Positions 50,393-60,497 of a DNA stretch of 64,000 bases are shown piece after piece. A program made the translations under genes and the position numbers. The stretch's first letter is position 1; every line of letters starts with the position of its first letter. Source of the DNA: Camelus dromedarius (lineage: Eukaryota); contig NC_087437.1 of NCBI RefSeq assembly GCF_036321535.1, positions 19,656,001-19,720,000 on the forward strand. Reading direction: 5' to 3'. The notes under the pieces were generated by a model. That model was not told where the DNA came from, searched no databases, and was given only the letters and a program-made list of their open reading frames with translations.

Positions 50393-52823
50393 GTATTACG
50401 GTATGATTCCTGAACAGTAAACTACACATATTTCAGAACAGTAAACTACGCACATTGCAATTTGATGAATTTTGATAGATGTATACACCAATGAAACCAC
50501 CTCCACAATCAAGACAGGTAACATTTCCATCATTCCCCAAGAGGTGCAAATTTTGAACTCCCAATTTATCTCTTTCCACCCTTGTTACCCCCGGGTAACC
50601 GTTAGTCTGCTCTCTATGTCTGTGAATCTGTTTCTGTTTTGATATTTGTTCTATATCATATTTAATTGCTTACCCTGAATGTTTAAGCAAGCATACTTGT
50701 AAACAAAGACTATTTTAATTAAGATCTTTCCCTCCTAGTGTTCAGGCTATTTTTGCCCAGTATTTTGTTGCTATTTTGTTTATATGACACTCAGGGTACT
50801 CATTATTTTGGCTATTATTTCTGTTGTATTATTTTGTTGTATTGCTTAAATCTCATTTAGATCTATGCACATATTTTTTATTGTTCACTATTTCTTATTT
50901 CTTCTTCCATCTTAGAGTTTTCTTCCATGAGGACCTGTTGGTGAACTAGCAGTGGGTGTCTCAAAGTGTCTTTGTGGCATATTTACTCCTCAATAACAGC
51001 TCAGCTATTTAAAGAATTTATTAATTACAGGCATGTTTTAAGCACTTTGAAGATACAGGCATCTGATCAGTTTCTATAAAGGGTTTAAAAGAAGCCTTAA
51101 TCTCTTTTTGTAAAGTACAAAGTTTCATATTCGTGTATATGAATTGTATTATATAAATTCTTAAAATGCTTAATCATTGTTTGCTCACTTGCTCTTTGAA
51201 AAATCCTCTTTCTCTCTCTCTCTCTCCCTCCTTCTCTCTCTTTATCCTAGGTAGCTGCAGTATTAAATCAACCTTTAGACCAATTTTAGGAAAATGAATT
51301 TACTTTGGATTTCAGTAGTCTGATTTAAGAGTATTCATCCCTAAACTCTAAATCTAAAAAATAGTTTGGTATTTTTTTCCAATAAAGTCAGCTTCCAATA
51401 TTCAGTTGCTCGTGAACTAAAGCAGGAAGGAAGGCACACTCTGCCATTTGAGGGAAGGCGTCGGGTTTTTAATGGCCTTCAATTCCTCTGCTGGCAAATA
51501 CACACCGTTTGTCATGTGCCACCACACGACACCGCTTTCTGATATTCCCAGATGTTGTAGAACATCATGTGAAGGTGCTATTATATATCCTGTCCCCTTT
51601 GGACACATGATTCACTACACATTACCATGCCAACCTGGAAAAGAATTTCTTAAATATTGAGAAATATGAAAGACATAAAACTTTAAAATTACTTAGGTGA
51701 AATGATATCCTTGGAGCAGTCTAGCAAACATGGAAGACTGTGAAAGAGAACGAGCAGGCATGGGTAGCCTCTTTCTCTGAACTGGGAAAGCAGAGAAATA
51801 CTTACCCTTTCGCTTTTCTCTCAAGGGAACCTCTCCATTGGGCTGTTGGTGTGAAGGGCATTTCCTGGCTCCTAGTCTGGTCAGCTCCAGGCATTTTAAG
51901 CACTGATGTTTGTATACCTCTTAACCCCCATTATGTAACTGGACACCATCTAGAGAAAGAGCTTTGGGTCAGGCAACAAAAGAACTAGAATCTAGCCCAG
52001 GCTGTGTGACTTTAAGCCCACGATGTAACCTCTCTGTGCTTCCACTACATCACGTATAAAATGAAAACAATACTCTCACCACCCACTCATCAAGATACTC
52101 TCTTACTCTTTACCACCATCCCCATCAGTAAGAATTTTTTTAATTTTCCAGCTTGATGCTCAAGCTACATGAAAATATAACTTCTAGATTTTTATAAGGA
52201 GAGTGGACATTAAAGTGGTTTTGCAATATGATGTTTGGTGAAATAGTCAAAAAAGAGTGATGCAGAAAAAAAATGCTCTGCTCAGAGAAGGCTAACCACT
52301 TGTTCATTCATTCAACAAGTAAGTATCTAGCACCCACCTGCCGGCCACATGTGTCTCTCCTCTCCTAAAGTCTGTCTTCTATTGGGAAGAGACAAGGGGG
52401 GAAATAAGCAGGTAAATTCACAAGAAAATACCAGCAAAGAGTGACTGCAGAGAATTAAAAGAGAGTAGACAGTAACTTGGTGGACTCTCTGGGGAGGTGA
52501 CATTTAAGATGAGACCTGAATGTCACCTGATAGTCAGAAAGAACTAAAATTTCAGGAGGTCATTCAATCCTAAGGCAGAGAAGAGCTTGATATGTTCAAA
52601 GGACCGAAGGCCAGTGGACCAGGAGAGAACAGTCTAAGATGCAGGTGGGAGCAGATCAAGCAGGGTTTTGTGAGTTAGACAAAAATGTTCTTCTTTTATT
52701 GTAAGTGTGCTGGGAAGCCTTTGGTGTGAAGATTAACCGGGGCTGGGGAGTTAGGAGAAGGTAGGATTATTGGAGGAAGGACTGAGTGATGAGGTGGGGA
52801 AAGAGGGAGAGACTGCCGGTCGT

Positions 52824-53190
52824 CTGTTAGTTTGCTAGGGCTGCCATAACAAAGGAACATAGACTGATGGGCTTAAATAATTAACTTTCTCATAATATGG
52901 GAGGCTGGAAGTCTGAGATCAAGTTGTTGGCAAGGTTGATTTCTGCAGAGGCCTCTCTCCTTGGCTTGTACATGACTGTCTTCTCCCTGTGTCTTTACAT
53001 GGCCTTCCGGGTGTGTGTCCAAATTTCCTTTTCTTAGGACACCAGTCATATTGGCCACCCTAATGACCTCATTTTAACTTAATTACCTCCTAAAAGATCC
53101 TGTTATATCTGAATATAATCACAGTCTGAGGTGCTAGGGGTAGGACTTCAATATATGAATTTGGGGGGGATGCAATTCAAGCCATGATGG
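52824..53190 (-). mobile_element. MaLR LTR (MLT1A/B-like) within L2 debris (about 52300-53450)
   Basis: TTAGTTTGCTAGGGCTGCCATAACAAAG...GGAGGCTGGAAGTCTGAGATCAAG...ATATGAATTTGGGGGG. Confidence 0.85.
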
Positions 53191-53812
53191 TAGAAGATAC
53201 AGTGTGAGCAAAGGTGCAGAAGCAGGGCTGCCAGGGCGCCTTTGCACAGATGGAAGGCAGCAGCCTGGAACATAGTTTATACATGATGGAGTCACAGGAA
53301 GTCAAGTTATCGGTAGTAGAGGCCAGGCTGCTGAGTGTCTTGGATCCTGGTGAAGGAATTTTGACCTTCAGCTATCGTCATGGGGAGCCTTAGAGAGTAT
53401 CTGAGCAGTGAGGGGGAGCTGGTATGGATGGTTAGGCAGCAGGTTAGATAAAGACCATGCAGGATAGGATGGGGACAGAGGGCAACTTAGGGCCTGGGAT
53501 TCAAGTCAGGCCCCAGAGAAAGGAAAGAAGGCAGGAATGTCTGGCAGAAGAACTTATGATTTAGACAGCAGGGAGGCAGGACCAGGTCCCAGGAAGCCGT
53601 GCAGGCACACTGAAAGGCAAAGACTGCTGTGCGAAACTTGTGCTGGTATCACAGTCAAGGTGACTCCAGGCAGCCCTCCTGGTCTCTATCCGAACCCTGC
53701 ACCTACAGCCGTGATGGAAGCTGGACAACGTGTCTCACTCAGATGGAAAAATATGACTTCAGTGACAGACACAGACCTTAGTTCAAATCTCACTCCTTCA
53801 TTTATAGCTGTG

Positions 53813-54215
53813 TGTGATGGTGAGTTTTCTGTGTCAACTTGACTGGGTCACAGGGTGCCCAGACTTGGGTGTGTCTGTGAGGGTGTGTCTGGATGAGATT
53901 AACATTTGGATCTGTAAAGAAGATGGCCCTCCCTCCTGTGGTGGTCCTCACCCAATCAGCTGAAGGCCTGAGTGGAACAAAAAGGTTGATCCTCCCAGAG
54001 TAAGAGAATCGAAATATTGGCTCTTTCTGAATCTCTAGGCTGCCAGCCTTTGGACTGGAACTATGCCATTGGTTCTTCTGGTTCTCAGGCCTTCGGACTC
54101 GGAACTACACCATTGGCTCTCTTGGGTGTCCAGGGCCCAGATCTTGGGACTTGTCAGCCTCTGTAATTGCATGCGCCAATTCCTTATAATAAATCTCTCT
54201 CCTTCTCTCCCTCCA

Positions 54216-54263
<48 letters not shown>

Positions 54264-54390
54264 CATCTATCTATCTAATGATTGAAATAGAGATAGAAAT
54301 ATATATGATTATATCCATATCTATTTCTCAGTATCTATCTCTCTGTCTTTAGCCATCTATCTATCTATCTCTGAAGAACCCTTACACACA
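53813..54390 (+). mobile_element. ERVL LTR (MLT2-like) nested in a MIR (about 53750-54510), containing a (TCTA)n microsatellite at about 54217-54277
   Basis: TGTGATGGTGAGTTTTCTGTGTCAACTTGACTGGGTCACAGGGTGCCCAGA start. The MIR core resumes after it (GTGTGACTT...TGAGCCT...CATAGTAGGTGCTCAATAAATG). Confidence 0.8.
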
Positions 54391-55159
54391 GTGTGACTTC
54401 ATGTCTTTGAGCCTTAATTTCTCTAGGTGACTAATGGGAATAATAAGTCACCTTCCAGGGATGTTGGAGGACCAAATGAGTCTGGCTCATAGTAGGTGCT
54501 CAATAAATGGCAGATTCCTTCTCATCCCACCTTAGTGGAACAAAGCCCTGGACTGACACAGCAGATTTAGATACTCACAGAACATCTGGCTGGCTCTGGC
54601 TGCTTCTTGCAGCTGTGTTGGCAAAGCTGCCAGTGGGGCTGGAGCTGGGATGGTCCCATGTGTGTCCATGTGTTCATGCTTTTCCTGCATAGAAAACAAA
54701 TGCTGAACTAAGAGTCAGAAAAAAGCCACCATCAGCAGGTGTGGCCCTCTGAGTATCTGCCATCACTATCGATGGCTTTATTTACTGCCTCTCTACCACT
54801 TGGCAGGGAAAGGATTCACCTCTTTACTATTCATTTAACCCTAAAAACAACCTTGTTATATTAGGTTACATACTACATCCTGATGTGTAGATGAGGAAGT
54901 TCAGGTTCAAATAGAATAAGTAGCTTTCTTGAGTCGTACTTACTTAGAAAATGGTAGAGCTGGGTTTGGAACCTAGGTTTGCCTGATTCTAGAGGTCATT
55001 CTCTTTCCACTAAACCCCACTGGTTCCCTTTCTTGAACTCTACAAGTCTCAACATTTGAGCTACGAAATGGGACTAATTACACATTACACAGATGACTTA
55101 CATCACCATATTTCTCTTTTCTTGTTCTTGGTTGTAGGGAACAAATTAGAATAAGTGCT

Positions 55160-56160
55160 CAAGTTACTCTTGGTGCATCACAAACTACCTCCAAACTTAG
55201 TGGCATCAACACCTGTTATTGAGCAAAAGCTCCCTGCCTGACACACATAGAAGCCAATACTATGGCACTGGTTTCTGAGAAAAGAAAGAGCTTTATTGAG
55301 AGGTCAACCAGCAAGGAGACAAAAGGCAAGGCTCTCAAATCTATCTCCCTGATACAGGGTTCAGGGTGAAATTTAAGGGGTTAAGGGAATGTCAAACTTG
55401 AAAGCTGTTTGATCAGCCTTGAATTAGTGCATATAAGCTACTCGGCTGCCAGAAGTCAGATTTTCCTTCTGGAAGGATTTCTTGCTTCATAGAGGGCTTC
55501 AGTGGCAATATTTCGATTCTAAGTTCTCTAGACTAAGGATTCTTGGTTCCAGGGTCATGCTAGCGACATGGGTTCCTGTCTCACACCTGCACAGTGCTAT
55601 CTCTGTAAAATAACTCAAGGCTTGATTAATTAACAACCTGTTTAAGGAAGCAAAACCAGTTTAAACTGGTCAGTATTTTATGTGCTGCTACACAACCCTT
55701 CTGCGACACTCGTGGATTCTGAAGGTGAGGAATTCAGGCAAGTCACAGTGGGAATGGTTTGACTCTGTTCCATGTTGTCTGAGGCCTTAGTTGGGAAGAT
55801 CCAAACAGCTGGTGATGATTTAGCAGCTAGGAAATGGAATTATCTGGAAGTTCTGGGGTGACTCCAATGTTGGACTCAGCTGGGGCTGTCAGCCCATCTA
55901 CATGTGGCCTCCCATGGCCTGGGATCCTCACAGCATGGTGGCCTCTGGGTAGCTGAACTTTGCTCTGGGCTCCGAAAGTGAGCATCCCGGTGCACAAGGC
56001 AGAGCCACACTGCCTTTTTGATTTAGTCTGGAAAGTCACACAACATTGCTTCTGTCAGATTCTTTGGGTAGAAGCAGTCACAAGCCTGCTCAGATTCAAG
56101 GGGAGAAAAGATAGAGGCCATTCCTCAATGGGAGAAAGGTCATTGAATGTTATGGCTGGT
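55160..56160 (-). mobile_element. Old MaLR LTR (MLT1) split by a younger LTR
   Basis: CACAAACTACCTCCAAACTTAGTGGC [insertion] GGATTCTG...GGAATTCAGGCAAG...GAAAGTCACACAACATTGCTTCTGTCAGATTCT. Confidence 0.7.
55214..55692 (-). mobile_element. ERV1-type solo LTR nested in MLT1
   Basis: TGTTATT...GCTACA termini, near-TSD CACC/CAAC, and GCTTTATTG (AATAAA on the minus strand). AGAAGCCAATACTATGGCAC...GAGAAAAGAAAG resembles ERV1 U5 sequence. Confidence 0.7.
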
Positions 56161-57669
56161 TTTTGTTGTTGTTGTTGTTTGTTTGTTTGTTTGTTTTAAA
56201 TCACAGGGTATAAAGGTCCAAGGAAAGTGCAGGAGAGTGTACCAGAATAATTCCTTGCTATAATCAATGACATCTTTGTTTTCAGTCAGGCACTCTGCCT
56301 CGCCAAACATAGAACACTCATGTCTAAACAATGTCGAACATGAACTGGATGTGGTTGTGAACAAGCTTGTCTCGCTTTTTCTTCAAGATAAATGCCCAAA
56401 CTTTAAAAAGCTCCTCTGGCAGCAGCAGCGTCTGCACTAGCACCAAAACATATGAGAGATGTTGAAAATTCTGTAACCTGTCCAGTTCCTCGTGGGTCAC
56501 AGAGACCCAGCTTTGCCAGCGAAGATGGGGAACATGAGCAATAAATGACTCCAGTTCTTCAAGAATCAGGTTTTCCATCCTTCTTTTAAAGTCAAGTATT
56601 TTCAGTGAAATTAAATTTAGGTCATGTAGCAAGCCTCAGTTTAATTTTCTTTTTAAAAATAAGTTTCCATCAGCTGGCATCATTTATTTATTTTCTCCAT
56701 TTATCCAGTTTAAATAATTCAGAGGCGGTGTTTTGGTGCTTAATTGGGCAAGGCATTAATGACCCTGGTGAAAATGAGAGGGAATGGCTGTGTTTCTATC
56801 AGGTCCATGCCTGTTAGATTCTCTTTTCTGAAATGGGAGAGTTATTTATTTATTAAAAATTATTGACCCAAATAAATTGTCTGAGATTCATTACTGCATC
56901 ACCAGGTGGGGCCCTGGGCTGGGAGCTTAAAGTGACCAATGCCTTATATCATCCTGTTCACCAATTTTGGAGAAAGGTCATGTAAAGGAACACACCCCAA
57001 TAGTGAGTCAAGAATGAAGGGTGCAGCCTCAGCAAATTCAGAGATCTGTATCACTACTTTGGTGCCACTTAGTTATTTAAATGGTCATCATTCTTAAGTG
57101 ATGGTGGGTAACAATTTTTAAAAAATTGAATTCCCAAAGCTGCCTCTTCTGATTTCAAACTATTTTTTGTTGCTCACTTATCCTCCATACTTCTCTCAAA
57201 ACCATGATGTGTGGGAGAAAGATGGAATTTGGAATTAGGCAGGCATGAATTCATATTCTGTACAATTAGGTGAATGTGGATGCTACTCAACCTTTCTTTG
57301 GCAGTAATCTGGGGAAAATAACACCTGTTATTGCAAGGATTAAATGATGTATGGAATGCAAAACCCCCATTGCAAAGCCTGGCACCAAGTGAATGGGGGC
57401 CCATTAACTCTTGGGTTGCTTTAGGCATTTCTGCATCTGCAATGGCCCAGCACAAGCGGAGGGCGCAGCAGTGTTCCATACAGAAGACTTTCTCTCAAGC
57501 AACACAAGTCAGGGTTCTGACTGGCACTTCAGAGACTTGGGAAGTAGGGATGAAAGGGAGACGTTTTTATGTTTACTGAACAATGACTATGTGCCAGGCA
57601 CCATGTTGAGTGTTTCCAATACATTTTCTCCTTTCCTTCTTGTAATGCCCATATGAAGTAGGTGTAATG

Positions 57670-58095
57670 CTCCTTATTAACCACCCCAAAAGAAAGTGGC
57701 CTAATGCAACAACCATTTATTATTTCTCATGAGTCAGCTGGGCAGCTCTGATGTGGGTCAGGCTTGGCTGGTATGGGCTGGGCTTGTTCATGTGTCTATG
57801 TTCAGCTGAGGGAGGTGGTCATTGGGTGACCACCCGGGACGGCCTTGGCTGGCTAGACAGCTCAGCTCTACTCCACGTGGTCTCCTCTCACCTTCCTGCA
57901 GGTTTTCCGGGGCTTCTTCTCGCCATGGTGGGAGGGGTCCAAGAGAGGAAGAGGAAACATGCACTTACTGTCTCACTGGCCAGAGCAAGGCACATGGTCA
58001 AGCTCTGAGCTGGGGGGCAGAGTACATCTAAAGGGGATGAATTCCGGGGGGACATGAACAAATAGGGGCCATTAGTGTGCTTTATCTTCCACGAT
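57670..58095 (-). mobile_element. Old MaLR LTR (MLT1) within a MIR
   Basis: AACCACCCCAAA...AACAACCATTTATTATTTCTCATGAGTC...GGCCAGAGCAAGGCACATGGTCAAGC. Confidence 0.7.
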
Positions 58096-59441
58096 AGGCA
58101 CTGTTATTACCCCCATTGGTGGAGGAGGAGATGGAAGCTAGCAATGCTGTGCTTCTTGGTCACTGGCCTGCCCCCTGGTGTTTTTCTGTGCTGTGTTTTG
58201 TGTTGATCTACTTGGGGTGGGGATGCTTTCCAATCAGCTGTATTTCCTTCTTTCTCATTGTTTGGTCTGCATTTGAAATTTCACGTAAAATTCTTGGCAC
58301 TAACCAGATGGTCTTAAAGGAACTCAGTAGAATGACCTCAAGGGACAGTGCAGCTAAGTTAGTAAGGTAAGTCTGCTTATTGGAAAATCAAGGGGAGGCA
58401 GATACGTAATTGGATGGAGCATAAATGGAAGAAAATGAGACAGATTTATATTTCTCCTCTATTTGCTGATGTCCGTGATCTTGCCTGTGTCAGCTTCCCC
58501 TTCTCCATGCCATCCTTTCCAGATCCTGACCTGAAGTCTGAAGAAGGCAAGAGCCTCTTGCTGGCCTGAGGCATTTATTAGTCCTTTGACCTTGGGCAAG
58601 GAAGTCACATAACTTCCGTGAGCCTCCCGGTCTGCTCCTGTGTGAAATGACAACAGCACAGATATTGGTTTTGTGCATTAAAGGAGATCTGCAGGTGAAG
58701 CACCCTGCCCAGGCTGAACCTCCCTGCAGCCACCAGGATTCATGGCTATACCCCAAGCACCTCTCGGTGCCTAGAAATGCAGAAAAGTCAGTCTGCACAA
58801 CTGCAGCGGCTCCGGCTCCGGGTAAGCTGCCAGGGCAGTGCAGAGCTGCTGAGCAGCACAAGGGCTGTTAATGGATTTTATGGCTTTGTTGAGTACCCCA
58901 AACTACAGCTATTAATTATAGGATGCTGTTTAGACACCATTGTAACATATACATTTTGTTAATTGATTTGTATAGGCTCATATCTAGCAACATAAAGAAT
59001 GTGCACGGCCATAACACTTACAAAGCATTGTAATTGCTTTTTACTGCCATCGCCGGCTTCTCAGGAACAAAGGCTTTGAGGAGAGGACAGAAAACTTTCC
59101 TTAGTCTTTTGGACCTCTAGTGTCTAATTTAGTGGCCCGTGGCAGGATGACACACTCTGTCTAGATGCTCAATAAACGTGTTGAATCAATGAATAAATAA
59201 CTTTCGTTTGTTTCTATGTTTCTCTGTTTCCTTATCTATTCCTTGTGAACCCTGACCTGTGTGTGATATTGGCACTGCATGTAAGTATATGCAAATATGG
59301 TCAAGGATTTATTAGTTAATGTTTATGGAGTAGCTCGATGAACCTTGTGTGGCCTGGGGGTGGTGAGGGGCCGTCAAGAGTTCACAGCCCTTGCACTCGG
59401 GAAACTGACAATTACTCAATGGCATGAGGTGTTACGAGGCA

Positions 59442-59449
59442 TGACGTCA
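59442..59449. promoter_or_regulatory. Second full CRE (TGACGTCA)
   Basis: Exact consensus at the upstream edge of the CpG island. Confidence 0.5.
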
Positions 59450-60112
59450 GGTGGCTTGGTCTTAAGATACGTGGAGTGAACAGAAAGATGGTAACTTCTT
59501 GCCTGGCACCACACTGCAGGGAAGTTTCTGTCCCACTGTAGCCTTGTCAGGCCCAGCACACCCAAGTCTGCCTTTTGTGATCTGGTCCACCAGCCTCCAC
59601 GATGGTGCAGAGTCCCGCCATTGCCATTGCCCTCCGGGTCCTTGGTGATTTACCCGGCTCCGCAACTCAGAGCAGAACTCGCGCTTTCCAACTCGAGCGT
59701 GTGCATGGCGCCCTCCCCAGACCAGGCGGCATAGAATTTCCAGAGACCCGGCCAAGGGCAGGACCCGCAGCAACGCCCGCCCGCCCCTCCGCACCGCTGT
59801 CAGCTCCAAGGGCGTGGCGGGGCACGGTGTCCTGCGTCCCTGCAGACGACGCTCAGGCCCCAGGTGACTTCTGAGCGAGCCAGCCACCCACTGAGAGCCG
59901 GAGCGGGGCCGCAGGGCCGGAGGGCTCCCGGTAGCCGCTCCCCGGATCCTCTGGGAACGGAGTCCCGCCTGGAGTAGGAGGAGTGGAGCAGAAGCGCCCA
60001 GGAGCTCGAGGACGGCGGAGGAAAGTTGGGGGTCGGGGCCGCGAAGCCGCGAGCGCAGAAGCCGCTGCCAGTGTCCGCGTCTCATTAATATGCAGGAGCC
60101 ACCTCCCTCCTT

Positions 60113-60126
60113 CCGTGACGTCACGG
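60113..60126. promoter_or_regulatory. Full CRE (TGACGTCA, 60116-60123) inside a 14-bp palindrome CCGTGACGTCACGG
   Basis: Exact CREB/ATF consensus about 270 bp upstream of the ATG. Confidence 0.7.
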
Positions 60127-60342
60127 GCCGTCCCGGGGTGAGCGCCGGAGCCGCTCGGGGTCCGCGCCAGTAAGCGCGGCTGCTGCTGGCGAGCGAGCGG
60201 CGCGGCGGCGGACACCGGAGGCCGAGCGCGGCGGCGCCCGAAACGCACCCAGCGGAAGGGCGAGGCTGCCCGCAGCCCGGCGGACAGCGGGAGGCGAGCC
60301 GACGCGGGGAGTAGGCGGCGGCGGCAGCTCGTTGGAAGTGGC

Positions 60343-60345
<3 letters not shown>

Positions 60346-60377
<32 letters not shown>
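60346..60377 (+). repeat. (GGC)10 / (GCG)10 trinucleotide repeat in the CLSTN2 5'UTR
   Basis: Ten uninterrupted GCG units at 60347-60376, ending 9 nt before the ATG. Confidence 0.95.
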
Positions 60378-60382
<5 letters not shown>

Positions 60383-60385
60383 AGG

Positions 60386-60497
60386 ATGCTGACTGGGAGG
60401 CTGTGCTGGGTGCCGCTCCTGCTGGCGCTGGGCGTGGGGAGCGGCAGCGGCGGCGGCGGCGGGGGCAGCCCGCAGCGCCGCCTCCTCGCGGCTAAAG
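60386..60497 (+). CDS. CLSTN2: Calsyntenin-2, first coding exon (signal peptide and N-terminus); the gene continues beyond the window
   Basis: ATG at 60386 (AGGATGC) encodes MLTGRLCWVPLLLALGVGSGSGGGGGGSPQRRLLAAK plus 1 nt. This matches the human CLSTN2 N-terminus as I recall it (MLPGRLCWVPLLLALGVGSGSGGGGDSRQRRLLAAK-V). A phase-1 donor AAAG|GTGGGT follows at 60498, and the exon is in a CpG island. Confidence 0.95.

Noticed and set aside
56140..56632. Overlapping minus-strand ORFs (102 and 74 aa) followed by an A-rich tract, suggesting a processed pseudogene
   Set aside because: I recognise no parent protein and see no TSD. The A-rich tract is a (GTT)/(GTTT) microsatellite at the edge of an MLT1. 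A tBLASTx/BLASTp hit to a real protein would reopen this.
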